The notes beneath the pieces were generated by a model. It worked only from the letters and a program-made list of their open reading frames with translations. It was not told where the DNA came from and did not search any database. Position numbers and translations under genes: made by a program. This document shows positions 1-8,539 of a stretch of DNA of 64,000 nt, in pieces (the first letter of the stretch is position 1; every line of letters starts with the position of its first letter). The DNA lies in the sequence record MZ779063.1. The stretch is one strand, 5' to 3'.

Positions 1-64
1 TTCAATAATCCAGTACAAGATTAAAAAGTTGAATTTGAAAAAGCGTAACGTAAGATATTTTAAT

Positions 65-85
65 TATATATTATAATAATGAAGA
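65..85 (+). promoter_or_regulatory. Early phage promoter TATATATTAT-W4-ATGAAG
   Basis: Same motif and spacing at 4028, 8130, 9329 (+) and 32877 (-); resembles the phiKZ early consensus TATATTAC. Confidence 0.7.
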
Positions 86-133
86 AAGAGATTATCATTA
101 ACTCTTTCTAATAAATTAAAAGGAGAAATTATT

Positions 134-238
134 ATGAAAAACTTAGTATTGAAATTAGTAGCAGGATTTGGATTAGGAATTGTGATGGCAGTTGTTTTAG
201 ACAAGATTGAAGAAATGACGTTCTCTAATTTAAAATAA
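134..238 (+). CDS. 34-aa hydrophobic peptide MKNLVLKLVAGFGLGIVMAVVLDKIEEMTFSNLK
   Basis: Not in ORF track; AAGGAG RBS just upstream, one TM-like segment. Confidence 0.7.
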   Translation: MKNLVLKLVAGFGLGIVMAVVLDKIEEMTFSNLK

Positions 239-264
239 AGGAGGAAAGAGGATAATTGATTTAA

Positions 265-320
265 AGACCTAATGAACATAATGGATCAAGTTCATTAGGT
301 CTATAATTTTCTATGATCCA
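265..320 (+). other. Predicted H-type RNA pseudoknot (intergenic)
   Basis: Perfect 13-bp stem 265-277/290-302; loop bases 282-288 (TGGATCA) pair with 314-320 (TGATCCA). Confidence 0.55.
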
Positions 321-353
321 AACTAAAACTAAAAATAAAAAGGAGAAATTAAA

Positions 354-530
354 ATGTTAGAATTAAATGGAATTGAATTTGTAAATGAAAAGGAAATTAA
401 AGAAGAGGAATTATTATTTAATTATTCAGATGAAGCAAGATATCCATCTGAACAGGCTTATAGAGAAGTAGATTTAATCATTGAGAGCTTCGACAATACA
501 GCTTTCGGATTAAGAAAATGGGGAGTGTAA
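354..530 (+). CDS. 58-aa hypothetical protein (MLELNGIEFV...GLRKWGV)
   Basis: Not in ORF track; AAGGAG RBS at ~340, translated by hand. Confidence 0.75.
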   Translation: MLELNGIEFVNEKEIKEEELLFNYSDEARYPSEQAYREVDLIIESFDNTAFGLRKWGV

Positions 531-535
531 TTAAA

Positions 536-841
536 ATGGTCAGAGAAGAAAAAATCAAACAAATGAAACAAGAATTACAAGCAATTTTAGACAAAGAAAT
601 TAGGTTTAATGGTAAACCAATTTCAAATAAACAATTTGAGAGAAAATTAGAACTAATGAAACAAATAGAAAAGTTAAAATTTGACATTAGATCAGAAAGA
701 TATCTGAGAAATGTCAAAAAGAATAAAATCACTGAGTTTAAGGGTAAAAGTGATTATGCGAAAGCAGGAAGACTACATCAATCTTTCCAAAGTAAAGAAG
801 AGCATAAAATATGGAAAGACGATTTATTAGTAATTCAATAA
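536..841 (+). CDS. Basic hypothetical protein
   Basis: ORF 518..841; ATG at 536 preferred because GGGAG RBS precedes it. Confidence 0.7.
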   Translation: MVREEKIKQMKQELQAILDKEIRFNGKPISNKQFERKLELMKQIEKLKFDIRSERYLRNVKKNKITEFKGKSDYAKAGRLHQSFQSKEEHKIWKDDLLVIQ

Positions 842-849
842 TATATTAA

Positions 850-1059
850 ATGGAGGAATTTAAAATGAAAAAGATTATTAAATTAAAAACTGAGTATGCA
901 TTAATTTTAGGAATGTTAGTTGGACTATTATTAGGATTATTAACTATGAATTTCTTTTTAGCGTTAGATATTATGTTCATGACAACTTTAGCATTTGTAG
1001 GTATGAATCATTATATCGGTGAAAAAAGAATGAATAATAGAAAAGGGGAAGTAAATTAA
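850..1059 (+). CDS. Small membrane protein (2 TM)
   Basis: Hydrophobic; likely start ATG 865 after GGAGG. Confidence 0.7.
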   Translation: MEEFKMKKIIKLKTEYALILGMLVGLLLGLLTMNFFLALDIMFMTTLAFVGMNHYIGEKRMNNRKGEVN

Positions 1060-1060
1060 T

Positions 1061-1255
1061 ATGCAGAATAAAATTAAGATAAAACCATGGATAGTATTTT
1101 GGACCGTATTTATTATTGGATTTATAGTTGGAGAAATTCTAGGTTATGTAGAAGGTAAATCATTGTTTGTAGGTATCGTATCAGCATTTATTTGTTTAGG
1201 AATTAATTATATGGTTGGAGAAATTAGAAGAGATATTATTAGAAATAGAAAATAA
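1061..1255 (+). CDS. Small membrane protein (2 TM)
   Basis: Two hydrophobic segments, AAGGGG RBS. Confidence 0.7.
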   Translation: MQNKIKIKPWIVFWTVFIIGFIVGEILGYVEGKSLFVGIVSAFICLGINYMVGEIRRDIIRNRK

Positions 1256-1282
1256 AAATTAATTAAATTATAAGGAGTTGAA

Positions 1283-1396
1283 TTGGATATGTTATTAGAA
1301 AACTTCATTACAATTATCGTGTTACTTGGCTTAATGAAATTTACAGGTTGTTTCAAATTTATGAAAGAAATCTGGTCTAACAAAGGTAACAAATAG
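1283..1396 (+). CDS. 37-aa hydrophobic peptide (MDMLLENFITIIVLLGLMKF...)
   Basis: Not in ORF track; AAGGAG RBS with TTG start (in-frame ATG at 1289). Confidence 0.65.
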   Translation: MDMLLENFITIIVLLGLMKFTGCFKFMKEIWSNKGNK

Positions 1397-1474
1397 CAAT
1401 AAAAGAGTGGATTATTTTCTATGATCCACTCTACATATTTAAATTAAAAAAAAAAACGAAAAGAGGAAATTAAA

Positions 1475-1981
1475 ATGAAAAAATTATTAATGACATTAGC
1501 ATCAATCGCTTTAATCGCAGTTATCGGAGCAGCAGGGATATTTGGTTATAGTAGTTTTAAAAGCTTAACAGTCAATAAAGAAGATAGTAAGACTGAAGAA
1601 GTATCTAAAAAGAAAGAAGACAAAAAAGAAAAGAAAGAACAAGAAGAATCAGATAATGTAGAAGTAAATCAACAACAAGATCAAACTCAAGAAGTAAATA
1701 ATAATGAACGACAAAATCAAACTACAGAAGATAATAATACAAATGTACAACAAAATCAACAACAAGAACCAGTAGTTGAAGAGAAAACTCAAGTAACAGA
1801 TAATGAAGGTAATAATATAGATGATATGGATTCAGAAGAATTTATTTCTAAATATACGGAAGGAATGGATGAAGAAGAAGCTCAAACAGTAAAAGACATG
1901 GCTGAAGAAGATTCAGGATATGAAGATTTCTTACGTGGACAAGTAGAAGCTAGACAAAATGGTCAAGGCGGAAATTACTAA
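1475..1981 (+). CDS. Membrane-anchored/secreted protein, paralog 1
   Basis: N-terminal MKK + hydrophobic helix ending GYSSFK, Q/E/N-rich linker. Confidence 0.85.
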   Translation: MKKLLMTLASIALIAVIGAAGIFGYSSFKSLTVNKEDSKTEEVSKKKEDKKEKKEQEESDNVEVNQQQDQTQEVNNNERQNQTTEDNNTNVQQNQQQEPVVEEKTQVTDNEGNNIDDMDSEEFISKYTEGMDEEEAQTVKDMAEEDSGYEDFLRGQVEARQNGQGGNY

Positions 1982-2004
1982 TAAGAAGAAAAGAGTGAAA
2001 TGAA

Positions 2005-2472
2005 ATGAAAAAAATCTTAAGTATTTTAACAGCGATAGCTTTAATCACAGTTATCGGAGCAGCAGGAGTATTCGGATATAGTAGTTTTAAAGAATTAAAT
2101 AATAGTAAAGATAGTCATAAAGTTGAAACAAGTAAAAAACAAAAAGAATTAGATGATAAAAATAACACTCAACAACAAGAACAAAATACATCAAAAGAAA
2201 ACAACAATATCCAACAACAATCAAATGAAGATAGCCTAACAGAAAATATGGATGAAGAATATAAAAAACAACAGGAAATGTATGAAAGGCAATCAAAAGA
2301 TGAAGCTCCAGAACCGGATTCTATAATTGGCAACCCACCAAAAAATTATGAAACTCCAGAAAAAGATAAAATAACTATAAGTGAGTTAAGAGAAGTTTTA
2401 GGCGATGATATTGATGAAAGTAAAATTGATGAAGCAAAAGCGTCTGGCGAATATATTAATGATGAAGAATAA
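2005..2472 (+). CDS. Membrane-anchored/secreted protein, paralog 2
   Basis: N-terminus nearly identical to paralog 1 (VIGAAGVFGYSSFK). Confidence 0.85.
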   Translation: MKKILSILTAIALITVIGAAGVFGYSSFKELNNSKDSHKVETSKKQKELDDKNNTQQQEQNTSKENNNIQQQSNEDSLTENMDEEYKKQQEMYERQSKDEAPEPDSIIGNPPKNYETPEKDKITISELREVLGDDIDESKIDEAKASGEYINDEE

Positions 2473-2503
2473 AAAATAAATAAAAAGAATAGAGGAAAAT
2501 AAA

Positions 2504-2980
2504 ATGAAAAAATTATTAGTATCATTATCAATCTTAGCAGTAATTGTAGTATTAGTAGCGGCAGGTGTGTTTGGATATTCAAAATATAAAGAAGTAGAAA
2601 TGAAACAACAGAATTTAGAAACACAATTAGAAGAAAAAAATTCCAATGAGCAAACTAATGAAAACGATCAACAACAAGAACAAGCAAATACAAATGAATC
2701 TCAAAATCAAGAAAATAGTTCAACAAAAAACAATAACGACAATAAACAAAAAGTATCTAGAGACAATGTATTTGACTATGCTTTAGCTGCAGTAAATGAA
2801 GTAGGTGACGCTGATTTAATGAAATTCCAAGAACCTTCTTACAGTGATGGTGTATGGACAATTGACACTAATAATAAATCTGGTTCAGGATCTAATACTA
2901 TAAAAGTATACGATGATGGCTGGGTACAGATATATGATGGATCTGGTGAAATAGCTCATGAAACAAAAATAGAACTATAA
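2504..2980 (+). CDS. Membrane-anchored/secreted protein, paralog 3
   Basis: Same anchor (AAGVFGYSKYK), Q/N linker, distinct globular C-domain. Confidence 0.85.
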   Translation: MKKLLVSLSILAVIVVLVAAGVFGYSKYKEVEMKQQNLETQLEEKNSNEQTNENDQQQEQANTNESQNQENSSTKNNNDNKQKVSRDNVFDYALAAVNEVGDADLMKFQEPSYSDGVWTIDTNNKSGSGSNTIKVYDDGWVQIYDGSGEIAHETKIEL

Positions 2981-3000
2981 TTATTAAGGAGTGTTGATGA

Positions 3001-3246
3001 ATGATTAAAACAGAAACAAAAAATGAACATTTATTTTTCAAATTTATTTCAGAATTAGGACTAACTAACGTGTATGATAACTTTATTGTAAGTGTTCCTT
3101 CAGGTCCTAAATTCATTAGATTAAATGAATTTGATGAAATAGAAGTATATGAAAAATGTAATGAAAATTTACTGAAAGTAGTCAATATAGATCCTAAATT
3201 TGATGATGTATTTTCGTTATTTTTCAAAATAACGAAAGGAATTTAA
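3001..3246 (+). CDS. Hypothetical protein
   Basis: AAGGAG RBS, followed by terminator. Confidence 0.75.
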   Translation: MIKTETKNEHLFFKFISELGLTNVYDNFIVSVPSGPKFIRLNEFDEIEVYEKCNENLLKVVNIDPKFDDVFSLFFKITKGI

Positions 3247-3252
3247 AATATT

Positions 3253-3288
3253 ATAGTCATGAATCTATTTATGTAGATTCATGACTAT
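3253..3288 (+). terminator. Intrinsic terminator-like hairpin
   Basis: 15-bp stem 3253-3267/3274-3288. Confidence 0.7.
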
Positions 3289-3324
3289 TAATTATATATT
3301 TTTTTATAAATATAAGAAAGAGAG

Positions 3325-4026
3325 ATGACATTAATTGTGTATGAAATTTCAATAGCTTTAATGTTTTTAATTGTAATATATTTTTCATTCAATACAATAT
3401 ATAAAACATTAGTAAGTGCGTATAACGAAAAATTAAAAGGAAAGTTCTTTTCCACAACGTTTTTTACATTTAGTTTATTATTTCCAATAATGATTATTGT
3501 ATTTTACAATATAGATGGAATAAATATTAAAATAGAATATGTTTTATTTTATTTCCTGTTGTTAATAATTAACTTTGCATTAAATAAATTTCTTAAAGTT
3601 CATGATATTATAGTATATACGTCATTATTCTATTCTTTATTTATAATGAATTACCATTATGAAATAGCTAATGACTTATATTTTGCTATATTTATTGTAA
3701 TAATCAATTTGATAATTCCATTAATTAAAATTGAATTTCAATTAATTGAAATGGCAATTCAAACTGATGGAGAATATAAAGATATAGATGTAAAAAAGAA
3801 TATAGTAAGACAGAATTTAAAAATAGTTAATTTAAATGATAATAATACACAATTCTCATTAGATGATTTTCTTGAAAGTAAATTTAATAATGATGAAGAA
3901 TCAATAAGTGTCTTCTTAGATGAAATGATTGAAAGAATATATTCTGAAAGAATAAATATAAAATTGTATTGTTATCATATATTAATGGGATTATTAACTA
4001 TATACTTTTTATTATCTCAAATTTAA
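3325..4026 (+). CDS. Polytopic membrane protein
   Basis: About 5-6 hydrophobic segments. Confidence 0.75.
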   Translation: MTLIVYEISIALMFLIVIYFSFNTIYKTLVSAYNEKLKGKFFSTTFFTFSLLFPIMIIVFYNIDGINIKIEYVLFYFLLLIINFALNKFLKVHDIIVYTSLFYSLFIMNYHYEIANDLYFAIFIVIINLIIPLIKIEFQLIEMAIQTDGEYKDIDVKKNIVRQNLKIVNLNDNNTQFSLDDFLESKFNNDEESISVFLDEMIERIYSERINIKLYCYHILMGLLTIYFLLSQI

Positions 4027-4027
4027 A

Positions 4028-4068
4028 TATATATTATAAAAATGAGTAATATTAATTAATATTACTCA
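4028..4068 (+). promoter_or_regulatory. Early promoter followed by perfect 26-bp palindrome
   Basis: TATATATTAT 4028-4037; TGAGTAATATTAATTAATATTACTCA 4043-4068. Confidence 0.7.
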
Positions 4069-4091
4069 AAAAAAATAAAGGAGTTTTTATC

Positions 4092-4622
4092 ATGGAAAAT
4101 AATTATTATGCAGTTGCACAGTTCCAAAATCAAAGAGAGTTTAAAGGAAAAGAGTATATTTATAAAGTGCCAGAATATTTATTAACGAAAGAAAATTCTT
4201 ATTTCCACAAATACGCATTAGTTTCTAATTTAAATTTAAATGAAGTTAATTTAAATGATGATGGAGTTCATAAAGATGATTTAGAAAAATTTGCAAGTTC
4301 AGTTAAAGTTGTTAAAGTATTAAAAATTATGAATGAAGAAGAATTTATACAATCAGAATATGTAAACTCTGCAGAGGATTTAAATCAAAGAATTAATCGA
4401 GAAGGAGAATCTTTTGAATATAAAAATATCGTATCATTCTTCGATAATGAATTAAAAACACATATTGATTATATTTCTGAAAGTAACAGAAAAGAAAAAT
4501 TAGAAAAATTAATGAAAATCAGAATGGAAAAATTAAATAAAGAAAAGGACTTAAAAGAAAGAGTAAGTGAATATAACGATAAAGAATTAGATAAATTATT
4601 TATCGAATATAAAAAATTATAA
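4092..4622 (+). CDS. Hypothetical protein
   Basis: 176-aa ORF, GGAG RBS. Confidence 0.8.
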   Translation: MENNYYAVAQFQNQREFKGKEYIYKVPEYLLTKENSYFHKYALVSNLNLNEVNLNDDGVHKDDLEKFASSVKVVKVLKIMNEEEFIQSEYVNSAEDLNQRINREGESFEYKNIVSFFDNELKTHIDYISESNRKEKLEKLMKIRMEKLNKEKDLKERVSEYNDKELDKLFIEYKKL

Positions 4623-4629
4623 ATACATT

Positions 4630-4661
4630 ATCCCAATGAGATGAATTATTCTCATTGGGAT
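4630..4661 (+). terminator. Intrinsic terminator
   Basis: 12-bp stem ATCCCAATGAGA/TCTCATTGGGAT with T-rich tail. Confidence 0.75.
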
Positions 4662-4694
4662 TATTTAATTACTTAATTAGGAGATGAAAAGGAT

Positions 4695-5525
4695 ATGTAT
4701 AACAATAAAAATTTTATGTCAAGTTTAAATTTAAGTGAAACGAAATTGAGTGAATTTATAAATAAAGAAGATATAAATTCTGATGTGTCTAAGAAAGTGT
4801 ATTATGAGAAAGTTATTGATTTATATATGGATCAAATATTTAATGTAGATAATGAATTCTTAAAAAGTCTAATTGACTTTGATGATTTAAAATATACTAA
4901 AGATGAATTAGATTATATAATATATGAAGAAATGGGAGTAAATAGAAATAATAAAAAAGACTTATCTTTAATTCTTAATAGAGTATATGAATCTTATAAA
5001 GAATCTAAATCAGATAAAAATTATTATTTAATGAAATATTTATTACCGTTTACTCTATATAATGATAGAATTTTTAATAAAAACTTTTATTTACATTTTG
5101 GAGCTAATAGATTTTTTAAAAATGAATTTATAGATGCAATTACTGATACTTTTATGTATATTAGAGATAATAATATAGAATGTGAAGTTATAGAATTATT
5201 ATTTAACGATATACTCACTAAATTATATGTGCACAGTAATGAAGTAGTATCTAGAATTTTAGTTAGAATAGCTAAAAAGGATTCTAGTTTATTATTTACC
5301 AATGATACTATATTTAATATACTATATTCTTTATATTCGCATCAAACTATTAAGAAAATAAAAAGAAATATAAGTATAGAAAGTATCGAAAAAATTATTA
5401 AAATGAATAGATATACTTATATTGAAAGAATTGAAAAAGCTATAGGAAGACAATTATCTTTTTATGATAATCCAAACGGTAAAGAAATAAAGAATATGAT
5501 AAAAGAATTTAAAAATAATAAATAG
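4695..5525 (+). CDS. Hypothetical protein
   Basis: 276-aa ORF with RBS. Confidence 0.8.
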   Translation: MYNNKNFMSSLNLSETKLSEFINKEDINSDVSKKVYYEKVIDLYMDQIFNVDNEFLKSLIDFDDLKYTKDELDYIIYEEMGVNRNNKKDLSLILNRVYESYKESKSDKNYYLMKYLLPFTLYNDRIFNKNFYLHFGANRFFKNEFIDAITDTFMYIRDNNIECEVIELLFNDILTKLYVHSNEVVSRILVRIAKKDSSLLFTNDTIFNILYSLYSHQTIKKIKRNISIESIEKIIKMNRYTYIERIEKAIGRQLSFYDNPNGKEIKNMIKEFKNNK

Positions 5526-5540
5526 GGAGTTGAAACGGAT

Positions 5541-6038
5541 ATGTTAAAAAATAAAAATATTGAAATTAACCAAGATATTATTAATAATGAATTAATGAAA
5601 ACAAAATATATGGAAGAGGCGATGTTAAAAGTGTTAAATCAAGACCTAGTAATCAATTTAAGATTTTTAAAAGATAATCTACTATCTGGATGGGAATTTG
5701 AAAATAATGTAGCTGAATTTAAAGAAATAGAAAAATTCTATGATCCGTCATTAAAAATAAGACTAATTTTTAAAGTTAATGAAAAAGAAATCAAGTATAC
5801 ACTTAATGAAGATATTCAAGATATGTTAGAGAATTTCATGATTAAGAAAGCTGATGATGAAAGAGCATGTGAGATTATTAAATCTGTTATTGAGTATGAA
5901 TTCTTTAAGAAAGAAAATAAAAAAGATCATGAACTTGATATGAATACAATAGATTTATTAATGGGTAAAGTTAATGAATTAAAAATTAAATACAATATCA
6001 GTAATAAACAAGCTAAGAAATTATATATAGCATTTTAA
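5541..6038 (+). CDS. Hypothetical protein
   Basis: 165-aa ORF with RBS. Confidence 0.8.
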   Translation: MLKNKNIEINQDIINNELMKTKYMEEAMLKVLNQDLVINLRFLKDNLLSGWEFENNVAEFKEIEKFYDPSLKIRLIFKVNEKEIKYTLNEDIQDMLENFMIKKADDERACEIIKSVIEYEFFKKENKKDHELDMNTIDLLMGKVNELKIKYNISNKQAKKLYIAF

Positions 6039-6063
6039 AATATAACTAAAGAGAGGTAATTTC

Positions 6064-6690
6064 ATGAGAAACACAGTGAATATATTTGATTGGTATATCT
6101 ATAAAAATGGAGAATATACAATGATTCCTTTCTTCTTCAGATTAGCTTCAGGATTATTAATATTAATTGTATTCTCATCTTTAATTGCAATTAATATTAA
6201 ATTATCTTTTATATCATTAATGATAACAATTCCAACATTTTTAATAATTAATCTATTAATTTATTTATATTTTAATAAAAATTGTCTTAGAGAATATGGA
6301 GAAATAAATAAATCTTTTAAAGTGAAAGATAAATATTATTCTTTTTGGTATATTGAATTAAATGAAGATAATGAGGTTTTTAAAGAAGCTTTTAATAATT
6401 TTAAAAATGAACACGAATGGATTATAGAAGAAGAAAATATAAAAAATCTATCAGAAATACTGTCACAAAAATTTTTTATAAAAGACACTAAAATAGTAGA
6501 GACTGTAGCGAGAGAAAAAAGAAAACATTGGAAGAACAATATTGACACTAATAGACTGATAACTTATAGAGAGTTTCTTAAATATAGAAAGAATAAAAAG
6601 AAATTTGAAGAGTCTAAGAAGTTAGAAAAGGAAATAAAAGAGTTTCAAGATTATTACAATTTAAACACTAAAGGAGAAATTAAAAAATGA
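6064..6690 (+). CDS. Membrane protein (2 N-terminal TM) with basic tail
   Basis: Hydrophobic residues ~20-70. Confidence 0.75.
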   Translation: MRNTVNIFDWYIYKNGEYTMIPFFFRLASGLLILIVFSSLIAINIKLSFISLMITIPTFLIINLLIYLYFNKNCLREYGEINKSFKVKDKYYSFWYIELNEDNEVFKEAFNNFKNEHEWIIEEENIKNLSEILSQKFFIKDTKIVETVAREKRKHWKNNIDTNRLITYREFLKYRKNKKKFEESKKLEKEIKEFQDYYNLNTKGEIKK

Positions 6691-7151
6691 ATACTAAAAT
6701 AATCGCAGCATTTCCGGGTACAGGTAAATCTTACATCAAAAATAATATCTCATTCTTAAAAACATCTGATTCAGATTCAACTAGTTTTTCATGGATAATT
6801 AAAGATGGAGAAAAAGTTAGAAATCCTAAATTTCCAACGAATTATATTAGTTATATTAAGGATCTCTATTATAAAAATGTAATGGATTATATTTTCGTAT
6901 CAACTCATAAAGAAGTTATCCAAGAGTTGATTGATAATAATTTAGAATTTGTAGTAGCTTATCCAAAACGTTCAGATAAAGAATTATATTTAAAGAGATA
7001 CAAAGAAAGAGGTTCAGATAGTAAATTTATTGAGCTTCTTGATAATATGTTTGATAGTTTTATAGATGATATAGAGAATAGAGTTCCTGAAGAAAACAGA
7101 ATTGAACTTAATCATAATGAATATTTAGCTAACGTATTAGATAAAATTTAA
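6687..7151 (+). CDS. P-loop NTPase / nucleotide kinase-like protein
   Basis: N-terminal Walker A IIAAFPGTGKS with short NMP-kinase-like length. Confidence 0.7.
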   Translation: MNTKIIAAFPGTGKSYIKNNISFLKTSDSDSTSFSWIIKDGEKVRNPKFPTNYISYIKDLYYKNVMDYIFVSTHKEVIQELIDNNLEFVVAYPKRSDKELYLKRYKERGSDSKFIELLDNMFDSFIDDIENRVPEENRIELNHNEYLANVLDKI

Positions 7152-7168
7152 ATAAGGAGAAATTAAAA

Positions 7169-7627
7169 ATGAGATACTTTAAAGGTATAGTAGCAGGAAA
7201 AGACTTTTTCTTAAAAGCAGATAATGAAGAAAATGCCATTAAGGAATTAGCATCAAAAGAAATTAATTCTATAGGATCTTTTACAATGTTAAGTAATGAA
7301 AAACAGAAATACCTAATAATTTTCTTTAATGAAGATGAAGATAAATTTGTTGTTGGAAATGGATTAGAATCATATATATCATTAGACAGTCTTAAATCTG
7401 AATTAGAATCTAAAGATTTAGAATGTTATTATTTAGATTTAGGTAATACAGATAATATCGAGATAAACGGTATTATAAAAAATCAAGAATACACATTAAC
7501 AGAAATAATAATGGAAAGTATTAAATTAACTATGAATGATTTTTATCAACAAGTTATAAATTCTGTATTAACTGAATTAACTGAAAAAGAATACAAAAAT
7601 TCAATAGTTGTTAAAAATTTTAAATAA
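7169..7627 (+). CDS. Hypothetical protein, C-terminal tag family member 1
   Basis: Ends ELTEKEYKNSIVVKNFK. Confidence 0.8.
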   Translation: MRYFKGIVAGKDFFLKADNEENAIKELASKEINSIGSFTMLSNEKQKYLIIFFNEDEDKFVVGNGLESYISLDSLKSELESKDLECYYLDLGNTDNIEINGIIKNQEYTLTEIIMESIKLTMNDFYQQVINSVLTELTEKEYKNSIVVKNFK

Positions 7628-7646
7628 CTAGGAAGGAATAGAAATA

Positions 7647-8117
7647 ATGAGAAATAAAAAAAGAAGCATAGATAGTTTGATAAATAATAATCTAGAATTA
7701 CCAATTGAGATTACTGAAAATTATATAAATAATTTTATATACAAATCATTAACTGCTATAAATAAGAAAAAAGAAATAAAACCAAATCAAACTTATATAA
7801 TTAATCATAAGAATGAATTATTTAATAAAGCAGATAATTTCATAAATTGTATTTTAGAATTATTAAAAGGTGATGTGGGTACTTTAATAGATAAAAAAGA
7901 TTTAAAGTTAAAAAGAAATGTAAAGAAAGACAATATAAGTAATTGTCTTACAATATATACTATTGTAGAAACTTTAACTTACAATAATTCTATAACAATG
8001 ATGATGGTAAAAAATGTAAATAATACCAATAAGGAAGTAACTGGTGAACTAATATTTGATATTAATATAAGTGATAAATTAGGTAAAGATAATTACAATG
8101 AAAATATTTATATTTAA
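7647..8117 (+). CDS. Hypothetical protein
   Basis: 156-aa ORF with RBS. Confidence 0.75.
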   Translation: MRNKKRSIDSLINNNLELPIEITENYINNFIYKSLTAINKKKEIKPNQTYIINHKNELFNKADNFINCILELLKGDVGTLIDKKDLKLKRNVKKDNISNCLTIYTIVETLTYNNSITMMMVKNVNNTNKEVTGELIFDINISDKLGKDNYNENIYI

Positions 8118-8129
8118 TTACTATTTAAA

Positions 8130-8149
8130 TATATATTATATAAATGAAG
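8130..8149 (+). promoter_or_regulatory. Early promoter TATATATTAT-ATAA-ATGAAG
   Basis: Match to the recurring motif. Confidence 0.7.
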
Positions 8150-8172
8150 TTAATTAAAATACAGGAGATGAA

Positions 8173-8520
8173 TTGGATATGTTAAACGATACTAAAAAAG
8201 TTTTAGACAGAATATATGACAAAATAAATGGTGATTTAATTGTTATTTCAGAGTGTAAAGATCTATTTGATAAGGAATTAAATTACACTTTAACTGAAGG
8301 TAATGAAGAAACAACAAATCTTGATTATTTGGCAGATTCTTTAATTGTAGTTTCTTCAGATATATTTACTTTAAATGAAGTACTTAATATTGATGAAGAA
8401 ACTATTAATAATGAACTATTAGCAGAATTTAAACTAAGCTATAGAATGATACAGAATTTTCATATGAAATTAGAATTAAAAAAATATAAATTAAAAAAGA
8501 TTAAAACCTCGGTTGAATAA
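8173..8520 (+). CDS. Hypothetical protein
   Basis: 115-aa ORF, AGGAG RBS. Confidence 0.75.
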   Translation: MDMLNDTKKVLDRIYDKINGDLIVISECKDLFDKELNYTLTEGNEETTNLDYLADSLIVVSSDIFTLNEVLNIDEETINNELLAEFKLSYRMIQNFHMKLELKKYKLKKIKTSVE

Positions 8521-8539
8521 ATATAGGAGATGATTAGGA

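Noticed and set aside
256-266. Slippery heptamer T TTA AAG before the pseudoknot (-1 frameshift)
   Set aside because: No spacer to the stem and not in frame with any credible upstream start
64-6548. Short minus-strand ORFs in the early region (64, 478, 1207, 2087, 2346, 2398, 2898, 5087, 6336)
   Set aside because: Overlap well-supported + strand genes that have RBSs; typical AT-rich antisense artefacts
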